DNA of 64,000 nucleotides from Tubulanus polymorphus (GCF_964204645.1 NC_134030.1:10189947-10253946), one strand, 5' to 3'; positions 1-12,324 are shown, counted from the first letter of the stretch. Translations and numbers: made by a program. Notes: generated by a model not told the origin, from the sequence alone.

Positions 1-80
1 GTGCTAACAGTGGAACCTCACTCGTTATAACGAACTCGGATACAACGATTTATCCGTTATAACAACAAACCTAGAATTCC

Positions 81-150
<70 letters not shown>

Positions 151-230
151 GGAATTCTAGGTTTGTTGTTATAACGGATAAATCGTTGTATCCGAGTTCG
201 TTATAACGAGTGAGGTTCCACTGTTAGCAC
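1..230. repeat. Perfect palindrome (fold-back) centred on a (TA)n microsatellite; arms resemble a Tc1/mariner-pogo-type TIR (CAGTGGAACCTC...GTTATAACG)
   Basis: 1-82 is the exact reverse complement of 149-230, with a (TA)n core at about 83-148. Symmetry reaches base 1, so it may continue outside the window. Confidence 0.9.
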
Positions 231-516
231 TTCCTATTGAAGAACGTTTCTTCATCTTTGGTTGAATATATTGTGGAATTCCTCTCAGTGTATTCATCTT
301 ACACACGGATATTGCGTATCTTCTGGATGTGCTACACTATAATGTATACCGGTACATGAAGTTGGTATTTCTCAGGCTAAGTAACGCCGCACTTCAGCCG
401 TCGTTTATTACTCGCTTACTTTTAATAAACAGTGAAATAACTAGCTCGTCGTAAGGGGCAGGGCTGAGGCCACTTTTGTGGGCCCCGAGATTTTTTTTCC
501 TCGGAGGCCGCTTCAA

Positions 517-762
517 AGGCGCGGATCCAGAGGGGGGGGCTCAGAGGTCCCCTGCTAAGCTACCAAAAATGTTTTAATTGTTTTCTTGAATGTACTCAAG
601 ACATAGCGGATGAACAGTACTACATAATCGGTACCATATATCATCTTATGGTTGGCCAAACAATATGCCGTATAGGCCCCCTATCGGAGATTTTAGTCGG
701 CGGTTTAACATTAACATTCTTTTTTGAGACCCCTCCTGGAAAAAAATCCTGGATCCGCGCCT
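517..762. mobile_element. MITE with 14-bp TIRs (AGGCGCGGATCCAG / CTGGATCCGCGCCT)
   Basis: Exact inverted repeats at 517-530 and 749-762 around a non-coding interior. Confidence 0.65.
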
Positions 763-2638
763 GCTGCCCGCTGTTAATCAATTAGTACGGAGCTGATCGA
801 CTCGAACCTGATGGCACCCGCGAGACTCGCCACGGTCCGAACCTGACCACTTGTCACACAGTCTCGCGATGCCATCAGGTTCGAATCCGGGTACCGCGGG
901 AGGATGGATTTGGTTTTGTGAAGCTATTACAAAATTAGAATTGAATTCGAATTTACCCAATAATTTTCTCGTGTATATATTTGTACGGTGTATATCTGCG
1001 CACACCAGTTGGAAAAAAATTAAATTCATGGCTTATCATTTTCTGGAAAATATTCGACAAAAAACGAAACTGTTGTTGATCAAAATTGTTAGTTAAGATA
1101 TTATTGTATTATATGTAACGTTGTATACGTAATAATTCTATTTATATGTTGAACAACAAAATGAATAAAAATCACCCGAAAAAAATTAATTTTTTTCCGT
1201 TTTATTTACTGCTACATGTACGACAAATCTCAATCAAATGGACATCGCCATCATTGGTCACGAGGCGTCTTCAGCGGGATTGAAAATGAAAATGGGAGTA
1301 CCCGAATATACACGAATTGTGAAGCCTAATACGTTTTTAGTTCAGCTGACCGAGCGCTATAGAGGCCACCCAACGTCCTTTCAAGCAAAGTTGAACTTTC
1401 GAGCACTGCCATTTATCTCGCAAACCGGAAGATATATTCCCCGGTATTCCTCGCGAGATAACCTACTAGACAATAGCAAATATATATCCTGTTTGTTAAT
1501 AGATGTTTGTTATTCAATCTGAAAAACGCATCTGTTACACGCGATGACAGAACCGAATGTACGGGGAAGTCCAAGGTTTTGCGGATAAAGTTAATAGATT
1601 TTTATCTTCTCTGTTGGTGTGCCAATTACGCGATGTTATCGATCACGTGATCACCCGGAAGCATTAACAGGCAACCAGTCTAGGCTCAGATTTCGACACG
1701 CAACCAGTCTATTGAGTGTTAGAGCAGTAGTTCTCCGATTGTACTCTTTTTCATCGAAATCATCGGATCATATCCGGAAAAATCCGGTATAGTAGCAAAT
1801 TCAACCAATCACCCATTCAAAATTCTCGAAAATAACTAGCCTACCCCAGCTAGAGCTACCCAACCCCATCCGTATAGGTTCATCTAGACCTATGCACACG
1901 AACGACTGAAAGAAAGCACATACGAAATCGCACTTCACAAAATGTACGGAAAGTATAAGAACCGATCTTGGTAATGGTATGAGCAACAGTCTCCAGGGAC
2001 TGGCAGAGAACTGGCAGTAAGCCACAAAATGGCGTTATAAACTGAAAACTTTATTGCGAGCCTATTTGCCGTCACACAACGTTCAGGGGTGGATCGACGG
2101 TTCGATTCAGGGAGGAATGCACCCCCAGCATGTCACATAATTCAAAGGGCACTCCGCAAGAGCGCTCTTCGGAAAAATTAAACTCATTTTTGGAAATACA
2201 AAGAAAAGCTCTAGGTTTGGGTTTCATTTTGCCGTAAAATCTAGGCGTCTAATTTCTAAACAACTTGACAATTTTAGCACCCTCCTTTTGAATTTGCCCC
2301 TGGCTACGTTTTTACTGGCGAGCAGCACCGTTTCCAAAATGTCCACATTCTACGGAAAACGCACCGCCCATAAAATCATTAATGCTACGAACCTGGACGA
2401 ACCTGGACATGCATGGGCTCCAGACGTTCAGGGTCGTAGACGTACAGTGGTGAATTAAACAAATATCAAGATATAAATATATCCACACATTCCACGCATG
2501 AGAACCGTTTCAAAAGTAGTTGCATCGGGTGTCACTTCTTGCAAAATAATAATATAGGCTACACTAATAATACTTTATTATAATCAAATTTATTATTATG
2601 CGGATGTAGATTCTTAGATTGTCATCAACACCGCGAAA

Positions 2639-4513
2639 TTAACTTATGAATACTTTTTGAACCCTAGATATTTTTCGACGACACATCGGACAGTTTTTAA
2701 GCGTTTTCGCGCACACTTGGCAGCTCATAAGATGTCCACATGGTATGAACACCACATCGGCCCTTTCGGACATGCAAATCTTACACAGGAGACTATCGTC
2801 GCCATCTTTTTGCTGATCACCTGCATTGGCAGGCGGTTGCGCCGACGATGATTTCCCGTCGTCGCTTTTCATCGGGTTCGTTTGTTTACCGTTACTGTGC
2901 CGGTGTGAATTCGCCGACGTTTGCGGCGAGAGAAGTTTTAGGGCTTGTTCCGTCGTTAACGGTTGACTTTTAATTCGGCTTTTGGACTGCATTTCCGGCA
3001 ATAGGAAAGACGGATCGGTCTCGGCCGCCATTATATCCTGTATCAAATCGGTAAGGCCGCTGTGATCATCGCCGTGTTTGCGCAGTCTGGTTTCGATGAC
3101 CCGCTGCACCAGACGCCGGTCGTAGCCGCGTTTCAAAGCCGCCTGCACGCGATCGGTATCCATGCGCATGCGAACCTCGCGCGGATCGATATCGAACTCC
3201 TTCGTAGTTCTCCCGGGCGCGTTTTTCGTCGCTGCTATAGCGTCCGCGCCGCGACTGATAGCGCCGCCGGTCGGAACGGCATCCGCTCTCGGACCGGTGT
3301 TCGTCCGACGCGAGCCATTCGCCGTTTCTTCATTGATTGATGGTAAATGTGCATGAATGGACATGTTATTAGAACCGAGTCCCCTAGAACGAACTATACT
3401 AAAATCTAAGTCAGATTCCTTCTCTAAACCTGCAATTAAGCCTACATTATACGCGGCTACGTTTGTACTATACAGATTCGGTACAGGCGGATACAGAACA
3501 CCCGCGGACGGCTCCACGTCCGGAGGCGTTTCGGCTTTCGTCACGGAAGTTTGCACTTTTCGAGTACGCGTCTGCACGCCTAACGAAACGTGTACGAAAT
3601 ACTGGCCTCGCATGCTGATGACGAATTCACAGTCGGGACTGTGGCGTGCGTGTTCGGCCCACGGCATATCGAATTCCGTCCATCCTTCGATGGAAACCCC
3701 GCAATGAAAACAAGTCAATCGGCCTTCGACGCCCCCAAAGAAAAAACCAGCTCCGGCCAAATCGTCGTGATTCTGCTTGAACATGTCCGCCGGACATTTC
3801 GCCCTGAACGTCGCAAAACGGGAATTTTTGTGCTCGAGCGCTGGGTACGCGCTGGGCGTTTTCAATTGCAATTTTCGATGTTTCGTCGCGTGTAAGGAGT
3901 CGGGTCCCCACGTGTGATGGTGTTCGCTGAAACCGGGGTAGTACATACCGTTGTCGTCATCGTCCTCGTCGCTATGATAAGGCGCCGCTGCCGATTGCTT
4001 GGCAGACGGCGGCAAATCCTCGTTCGAATTTCCGTTAATCGGCGAATTTAAAACGAACGGCTTGGCAGTTCGTTCTCTGCACACCTCGGACAAGGACATT
4101 TTGCGCCGTTCGGACGATAGCGAGTTATACTCCCTGTACGACGAACTAGGTCCGGACAGCGGTCCGTGCCGTAGCGGCGTCAGACTAGTCGTGTGCTTTC
4201 CGTCGGCGGACACGAACGCGCACGACGGACACTGATTTTTATGACGTCGTTCGACTTCTTCTGCCGGGGAATCGGCGTCGATTTCTATTTCGATCTCGCA
4301 TCCGGCGCATTTGACGGTATTGCCGGGCGGTCCGGTGTAGAAGAATCCCATGAACGCCAGCGCGTACGCTATATTTTTGATCACGAACGGCACGGTGTCG
4401 TTCGTTATCATGGTACCCAGTCGCTTGTAGTGATCTTGCATCTCCCTTAAGTTTCGATTGTTTTTATTTCTGGCCGACGAGTCCGGCGACGCGAAAAAGA
4501 CGCCAAATGACAT
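2639..4513 (-). CDS. Inhibitor of apoptosis protein (BIRC/IAP family), 624 aa: divergent BIR + canonical BIR + UBA-like + C-terminal RING
   Basis: BIR1: GFFYTG..VKCAGC..H....C. BIR2: RFATF..LAGAGFF..TCFHC..WTEFDMPWAEHARHSPDC. IAP-type UBA region: ALKRGYDRRLVQRVIE..LIQDI. RING: CKICM..VVFIPCGHLMSCQVC..CPMCRRKI..KVFIS. Uninterrupted ORF with a splice acceptor (ttgtctttcag) 6 nt before the ATG and an AATAAA on the minus strand at 2574-2579. Confidence 0.95.
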   Translation of the reverse strand: MSFGVFFASPDSSARNKNNRNLREMQDHYKRLGTMITNDTVPFVIKNIAYALAFMGFFYTGPPGNTVKCAGCEIEIEIDADSPAEEVERRHKNQCPSCAFVSADGKHTTSLTPLRHGPLSGPSSSYREYNSLSSERRKMSLSEVCRERTAKPFVLNSPINGNSNEDLPPSAKQSAAAPYHSDEDDDDNGMYYPGFSEHHHTWGPDSLHATKHRKLQLKTPSAYPALEHKNSRFATFRAKCPADMFKQNHDDLAGAGFFFGGVEGRLTCFHCGVSIEGWTEFDMPWAEHARHSPDCEFVISMRGQYFVHVSLGVQTRTRKVQTSVTKAETPPDVEPSAGVLYPPVPNLYSTNVAAYNVGLIAGLEKESDLDFSIVRSRGLGSNNMSIHAHLPSINEETANGSRRTNTGPRADAVPTGGAISRGADAIAATKNAPGRTTKEFDIDPREVRMRMDTDRVQAALKRGYDRRLVQRVIETRLRKHGDDHSGLTDLIQDIMAAETDPSFLLPEMQSKSRIKSQPLTTEQALKLLSPQTSANSHRHSNGKQTNPMKSDDGKSSSAQPPANAGDQQKDGDDSLLCKICMSERADVVFIPCGHLMSCQVCAKTLKNCPMCRRKISRVQKVFIS

Positions 4514-5355
4514 TTCTATCTGAAAGACAAGTGAATACAGGTCTATTGATCGGGTAATTCAGATGATACATCCCAAGACAAGGTCTGTGGCAATTATCCG
4601 CCCGTTTACAAATCCCCCGACTTTTTCCCTGATATTCCGTAAAATTCCCTGAGTGAATCACAGAGAAGTTTCTATAGCTTTTAAAACTGTAACAATTCAT
4701 TCATTTTTCATCAATAACGTACGGGTAGAGAACACGTGTGGTCAATAGCATTATCCGAATTCCCGGAGTTTTCCAGGCTTTTTGGTAAAATTTCTGTCGA
4801 TTCAAATTCCCTTGAGTTGTCCCTGATTGTTTCTAAATTTTTCTAATTGCTTGAGTTTTCCAGGTTTTACAACAATCATTTATAATATTCTTTGAACGTT
4901 TTTTTTTTTAAATCTCTTTAACTTTATCAAAAGATATAGGCCTAATAAAAAATCGTCCATTTTCACCACAGAATACAAGTCAGTTGACTGATCTTTCAGT
5001 TTCACGATCGGACGTTTTCACAAATCCCGTATATTAGAAGCTTACGACCAACAACGATTATGTATCTCACCTAGATTTTATGCTTGACCTTTTCATTGGT
5101 ATATACGGTCACCTGGTCAAGGACGGGTCATTACGAGACACTGAAGCGACCTACAACACTAGGCCTACCTTTTTATACTTTTCAGTCGTTACCGATCACA
5201 AGACAGTAATTCCCATATATATCTATACTTTATCAGTCCCTATTTCCGCAATACGCCGTTTTCGATCAATTGCGACATAGTTCGTGAATAGAAATGCGTT
5301 TCCAATAGCTGCGGCACATGCAATCAAACATTCTATTATTACAGGAATAGACGAT

Positions 5356-5365
5356 GGGAAATCCC
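5356..5365. promoter_or_regulatory. NF-kB consensus site GGGAAATCCC upstream of the IAP
   Basis: Exact match to GGGRNWYYCC; function not shown. Confidence 0.4.
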
Positions 5366-6254
5366 GATTCTAAAATAAGAACGACTGACGCGCAAGCTGT
5401 TCTGGGAATAGACCTACGTATTTCCCGACTAATACCTCGTAGAAATCCAAACACCTCAAAATGCCTGCGATTGAGGTGTGAAAACCTGCTATTTCAATGA
5501 CGGAGGATTTTCTAACTAAGGGTCCAAATTGACTAAAATTTGTGATTGATTAATTATTGTCCAACGACAAGTTTGGCCCTCTTGAGGCAACAATCCAACG
5601 GTCGTTTTGAATACACTACCAGGTTTCAATTTTCATGTGAGATTCCTCAGAGACGGGTGTCGTGAATGCAAAATATTTCGACATTTTGTAAATGTTGTGA
5701 ATATGCATCCCACAAAGTGGTTTGAACCTCGATGCAGTTCGATTTCAGACGAAATCTGTTTATTACGATTTTCCACGTCCAAGTTAACATCAATCCAGAA
5801 TACAGAGATCCGTGCAATACAATTTTCTTTTTTTGCCCAGTAGATTCGTATTACCGAGGTGTCCAATGTACAACGACATCAAGGTCATTGGATGAAAATT
5901 TCTAGTATTCTTCTATTCTTCTGTAAGCCTTGAGTCTAGAAGATTTACAATAATGGATTGTCCGCCGCCATGATGACCTACAGTAAGTAGTCTGTATGTA
6001 GTATACCCTGTCACTACCATACGCCGAATAAAATTAATGGTTTTTCCAGACTCTAAATTTGTCTTATGCAATTTCATAAGCTTACCTTTTATGAGTAACG
6101 CGTATTCGTCGTATAGCGTATTTCCCAACGTTATAGCGTATGTACACACACAGCGAGAGACGCGCGGTAATGGCGTAGGCTTATGCGCCCTGTGTTTGAA
6201 CATTGCACTTGTCTATCTGCATGTGTATTGCGCACACATAGCAATCGATTACTC

Positions 6255-6265
6255 GGGAAAGCCCC
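6255..6265 (-). promoter_or_regulatory. NF-kB consensus site (GGGGCTTTCCC on the minus strand)
   Basis: Plus strand reads gggaaagcccc; exact kB consensus; function not shown. Confidence 0.35.
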
Positions 6266-6388
6266 GCCACGTTGCCTGATGTGTTGAACAAAGAATTGTG
6301 CAGTGGACTCCGCCTAAGCCGGTAGGAGAGTTGGGGGCCTTCACTTTTCTATCGACTTAAACCGGTTTGAAGAACACTACGAAGTAGT

Positions 6389-6845
6389 CAATGTAACATC
6401 AGCAAAATTAGAGATGGACCGTTTTGACGTTGTTAACACTGTTTAACGATACGCAGCAGTTTTGATATCTTGCAGTAATTGTCTGGATTCTCGAGAGAGA
6501 CTATGATTGGGCGAATATCGATATCGTATCATTAATATTAAACGTAACATCAATGTAACAATGTAACATCAGCAAAATTAAGAGATGGACCGTTTGGACG
6601 TTCATAACACTGTTTAACGATACGCAACAGTTTTGATATCTTGCAGCAATTGTATGGATTCTCGAGAGAAAGACTATGATTGGGCGAATATCGATATCGT
6701 ATTATTTATATTAAATGGACCGTTTGGACGTTCATAACACTGTTTAACGATACGCAGCAGTTTTGATATCTTGCAGCAATTGTATGGATTCTCGAGAGAA
6801 AGACTATGATTGGGCGAACATCGATATCGTATTATTTATATTAAA
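6389..6845. repeat. Tandem triplication of a 130-170 bp unit
   Basis: The unit 'atggaccgtttggacgttcataacactgtttaacgatacgcagcagttttgatatcttgcag...gactatgattgggcgaatatcgatatcgtatt' recurs three times with few differences. Confidence 0.9.
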
Positions 6846-8320
6846 TGTAATTAAATGAATTGGATTACAGAAATTTGTAATAAATGTAGCGAAGATTCCA
6901 AAATTTTATATTGACTACATTGATTTTATACAATAATAAAAATAAGTTATTGTTGTTACCATAATTATAATAATAATAATTATCATAATCATAATTATAA
7001 TTATAATCGTTATTATACGTAGATAGGGTCAGTCTGGGCGCCTCAAACGCCACGGGATTGAATTTAAACCAGAAAAGTAATGTACCAGGGCCACAAACGG
7101 GTATTAAGAATTTTCAATTTGAATTAGGCTAGAAATGATACCGTGTTTCTCCTAATCGGCCGGGTCATTTTGTAAAATGCAATGAAATTTGTAGGCCTAT
7201 TCAGTTCATTTCTATAGCTACCGGATTTATTTTATGGTAAAATTCATCCAGCTGGTCTAAGCAGAAATGAGATTGTCATTTTTTTTAAAGTCTCGTACAC
7301 ATCCGTCATTTATCAGGATTCAGTATATCGCTGATTGATGAGCCAGCTGTATCTGCAGTAATGTAGCCGGCCCGGGTCTACAGTAGCGCTGGTGATGACG
7401 AGAACGTTCACTCGACTTCAACTCAATCTCTGCATCCCCGACCCGTTTACTACTTTCAGTTTCTTATACATTTTTGGGCCATTTTCGATAATATGGTACC
7501 GGTTCTAATAGCTTAAATAAAGTTTTTGTTTCTAGAGAAATCAAAAAAGTATTCTTTTCGAAATATGTTTGCGTCTTGATGCAAAACGGGCAATAACATT
7601 TTCCCATTTTTCGATTGAACACGCAGTTTGCGAATAAGTTTGAAGGAGTATAAAATTGTAATCATACTAATTTTAATAGTTTCATTTTGGAATCTGTTGA
7701 AGAACATAAGTTTTTATTCTCGTGTCTTAAATCCATTTCATACGTGTATCAAAATTACCGTTTCTTTTATTCTATGCCACACTAAGTTGCGTGTCGTCTG
7801 GCAGTCGTTTCTACGCGTCGTCTCTGACGTCACTGTAGTGCGGCAGGCAATATACACGCGTACGTATAAGTATATGTATGTATTGACACTGACGTTGGCA
7901 AACAAAAACAGTGTCATTATTTTCCACACTTCAAAAGGACACTTAAAACTTCCGATTCCAACGATATCAACAGGTAAGGCTACAGTTATACGATGACTTA
8001 TCTAAAATATTAAGTTTATTCAGAATCTTTCCAGATGCAAACGATCGTCTCGATGCACTTGGAAAATAAAAGACACGTAACTGGGAACATTCAAATATAT
8101 ACCGCTAGATTAAGGATACAATCATGTATATTTCAAATCACAATTATTTAGCAGTTTTACGATCGAACGCCAAGAGCACACGGGAGTTTCCTTATATGTT
8201 TTGATGGTTTAATTTAACTCTTTATTACATGCATCCTCCGATTTCTGTACATCGTCGCATTACCAGATATACTGACAATGGTTGTAGAGCGCCAACATGA
8301 GACACAAACTTAACAGCGAT

Positions 8321-8640
8321 AGCCGCGATCACACGTTGGCGATTTTGACCCGGGCCAAATCGGCACGGTGACCCGAGTCATATTTGGCCCGCGCCTATTT
8401 AGAGAGCGCGCGTTCACACGTGAACCACTCACTCGATACTAAACAATGCTTAAACAAAGCGAAGTGATTCATTTCCGGTACCAGTTGCAATTCGAACGCA
8501 AGCGTCCCGTGCTAAAATTTGGCTCGGGCCTGGTCCGACGTTTTCGGTCGGGCCAAACAGGCACGGGCCCATTTGGTACCCGCGTGTGAACAGAAGTTCC
8601 GGCCCAAATTTGGCCAAAAAACACTCGTGTGATCTCGGCT
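8321..8640. mobile_element. MITE, PIF/Harbinger-like family (copy 1 of 3)
   Basis: TIRs agccgcgatcacacg / cgtgtgatctcggct; interior is the reverse complement of the copies at 34086 and about 50570. Confidence 0.8.
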
Positions 8641-8904
8641 TGTGTATACAATGGGAAATGTCAGTTAATTATACACCGTTGTTAATCATTTATATTCGAT
8701 CGGTAGTTTTGTCTTGTTGTAAATAATTCAACCGTTCGCATCACAGCGCGTCCCGTGTGTCAGTCGTAGAGACGCGCGTAGCCTATACCGTCGTACGAGG
8801 GTACGTCGAGTAGATATCATGTCGAGTAGATACAATATCTGTTTCATGGTTCCGTTATGTGCAGCATTTTGCCTCAAGATGAACCAGCATATATTGATAT
8901 GAAC

Positions 8905-9010
8905 GGGCCGGTTTTACGGACTGGTATCACCTTTAACCCGGGGTTAACTTAAATTCATTGCAGTTTAGTTAGCCCATGGTTAAAGGTAATACCGGTGGCC
9001 TAAAACCGGG
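8905..9010. mobile_element. Short palindromic MITE (gggccggtttta..ggtat.acctttaacc TIR family)
   Basis: Imperfect inverted arms; related sequence at 10889-11602 and about 47780-47850. Confidence 0.6.
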
Positions 9011-10903
9011 CAAAGGAGATTTCACCACAGGTTCATTTGCGCGTAATGATGGTCGCTGCCGGTCGTGTTCGTTCGGTCAATATCCAATCCCATGCACCTT
9101 CCACTGAATGATTATGTTAATGATATAGTTGTCAGTGTAATTTTGACTGGACCCAAGAGATGGAGAAAGGGTCTGCACGCCAGCCTTCCCCTTCCCGAAG
9201 AAGTCAAGACAGAAATCGTTCGAACCTGCATGGTTGACACTGATCTTCTCGGAAATTTTTATCATTTCGGATGTACACGTGTTTCTTTAAAAATATCTAA
9301 AACTGAAGTAGTTCTCCCACCTTAGACGCAGCTGTTCTTTCCGAGGAGGCATATTCTTTTCTTCTAGACCCCGCCTTTCCTAGATCCGCCCATGCCGTTC
9401 CCGCGGTTGGATTTTGGGGTAGTCTCGGGGTCCGAACCCTTGCCTTTCCACTGAGGCTGTCCTTTTCGCCAAGATAGAGATAGCGAAAAACCTGCAAATC
9501 TGACACTTTCGAAATTTGCATATATATTCTAGGACGTATTTCTTCAAAAATATCTAAAACCAAGGATGCCGCTAGTATCCTTCGACATGGCATCTTCACC
9601 CGTTAAGGGATTCGAACCCACTAAGCTAAAGCCGTTCCCCGAACCCCTTGACCTCACGAGTCGTTGGAGTCGTCACTAGCCGACCAGAATCCGGTCGTAC
9701 CAATCACAGCGCTTGTTACAAACGACATTAGGCCTCTGTTGGTTTTCCCGTTAAATGAACCAACCAGCGAAAGTTTTACCGAACAAGGAAGTATTTCGCA
9801 AATCTATAGATGACGTCATGCGCAACAGCGCCAGGATGTTGACATGGCTGCTTTACCTTTTCTTTTCTTCTGAACCCGGGCCCTTCGATTTTCCTAGATC
9901 CTAGATCCACCCCATGCTCCGTTCCTTTCTCAGATCAGAAATCGGGCGTAAGGCGGGTGTGGCGGTTTATCAAGGGCTGGCTGCTTTCGACTATATACAT
10001 GGTTGTTTTGTATAATATTTTGTTCAGTATCGAAATGATTATAGAACAAGTTTTCGATGAAATTGGGTGTTGAATATCACTCCCGTGAAATGTTTTCGAC
10101 CTCGCATTGACCGCCGCCGCCAATTACGAACCAGCTTTGCTACGTGCCTTTGCAAAACTCGAAACACTAAATGTTTGTAGGTTGATGACATATACGAACG
10201 CATTTTCCCTTTTCGTCGAAAGAATATACTATCCGCGTTGTCTGCGGAGGCACTCAAGTGCTACGCCCACAAAACGTGAAGGAGTAAACTGGCCAGTTTA
10301 CGCTCGTTGAATAGAACGATTCGTCGCTTTTCATTCCCCTTGTCAACCGTCTCCAAAATGAAGACTCTTGTTGTTCGATTTGAAATGAATTTAATCGCTA
10401 GGTAGCTGCCCACTTTCGTATAAGATGTGGGTTGAATTTAACTTCGGGGAGTCAAAACTAGATCATTTTTTGAATCATAAATCCTGAGTCAAATACCGCG
10501 TTTATGCTATAAATTTCGTGCGAGTGTATGCATAATTTAATGAGCATCGTGTGCAAGTATGCACCGGGGTCCGAAATCTGATACACTCATCATTAGACAA
10601 TCGACATCTGTCGCGTCGCTGTTATGAATATGGATACCGTGTATCGGGCATTTGTGTATCTCTGCTATTACGTCGTCGAGATATGACTCCCCTTTAGCCA
10701 GCTGCTACCCGGGGACCGCGGACTGACGGTGTTACGTCGCGCGGTGCCTACACCAAATTCGAACTATCTGCGTATTCGAAAATAAGTGAATTAGTAAAGA
10801 AGAAATGCAGAAAGGAAAACCCTAGCATCTATATCGTAGTTGCAGGTACAAGCGTATATAGAACCTGAGACCGACCCCACACGAATTCAGGGGCCGTTTT
10901 TTC

Positions 10904-11192
10904 CATAGAACTATAAGCGAAAGGGAAGGCCGACTCCCCTAAAATCCGCTAGGCACCGCTAGTAATCTTGTGTTTTGTTCAGCGCCCTCGCCGGTGGCGA
11001 TTTAGCGTTTTTCGTTGATTTCTTTAAGTCTTAATACCAAATCTTGAAAAACGGTAATGTTCAATGCTCTCAGAGATTAAAATAATCGAAAATATTTCCG
11101 AGAACCTATCGTTAATAGCCACCGGTGATAAACAAAAGCAAATGTATAGTGACGTCACGGAGTTGGCCTTCCCTTTCGCTTATAGTTCTATG
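10904..11192. mobile_element. MITE with 34-bp TIRs (CATAGAACTATAAGCGAAAGGGAAGGCC), nested in the left TIR of another MITE (10889-11602)
   Basis: The TIRs match with 1 mismatch. The host arm 'gggccgtttt' resumes as 'ttttacggattgatattacctttaacc' after 11192. Confidence 0.8.
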
Positions 11193-12171
11193 ATTTTACG
11201 GATTGATATTACCTTTAACCCGGGGATTAATTACAGCTTTTAGATTCGCTGCTCCTGAACTTTCGAATGTTCTGCCTAGTTATATTGGATCGAGTCATAC
11301 AGTCGAAACTTTTAAATCAAACTTGAAAACAACTCTTTTTAAACGAACCTATTTGTCTTAATGTTTTTTAACGAATCGACAATTCTAATAATAAATCTCA
11401 GTATTATGTATTTCACCGAGAATTGCATTTTCAATTTTCTATTTTCTGATCTTATGTAAAGTGCAAAGGTTACTATGTGGATAATGCGCTATATCAAGAA
11501 AATAGATTATCATTACTATCGTGTTACTATTATCAATTCATTTTCAATTTAGTTAAGTTAGCCCCCGGGTTAAAAGTAATACCGGTCTATAAAACCGGGC
11601 CCCGAATCACGGACGTAATGAAATCTACGCGATTCAATTCTTGAAGAATTAGATCCAATTTATCGATATACATAATGTTTTTCTTTTTCACTAAGTTCGA
11701 ATTGTATCAGGATATCTTTTTTTTCTGCCGATGTATATCAGAAAGTGACTTGTGTGGGACATGTCGTTCAATGTGGATAGGCCTTCCTCGCGATGAAGTC
11801 TTATGTCGATATAGTATCAACGATCAAACACGCCATATTTACTCGAACCCTCCCGCAATATATCGGTTACTCACACAAAACCTATATTTCCACTTTTTAT
11901 TGCATTTTTATCAAATGAATTGAACTTTTGAAAATGCGCGCCCTGTTTACTTCAGACGAACATTATTATTAACAGGTCGGCTCGTAAAAATTGAAAATCG
12001 AAAATACCTTTCGGGGGAAACTTGTATATAACGTATAACTTGAATTATATATTACATATGAGTTTTATTGAACCTGTGTTATGCATACGTATGTACCATG
12101 CCCTGTTATTACGGTGTGCATATAACGCCACGTATACGTTATCATTGTAGTAATGCAGTATTGTTTTGACA

Positions 12172-12324
12172 CCAGGGGTCAGTTGCATAGTCATGGCTTA
12201 GACTTAAGACCAATCTAAGACCAACCTAGTTCTATAGCCAAATCTAACGACTTAAGACCAGTCTTAAGTCCAGATTTAAGACCACTTTTGGACTTAAGGC
12301 CACGACTGTGCAACTGGCCCCTGG
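12172..12324. mobile_element. MITE with TIRs ccaggggtcagttgcatagtc / gactgtgcaactggcccctgg and internal (cttaagacca) repeats
   Basis: About 24-bp imperfect TIRs. Confidence 0.7.

Noticed and set aside
1238-1278. Minus-strand CTGAAGA-cgcc..ggcg hammerhead-like motif
   Set aside because: The GAAA box and stem I are absent.
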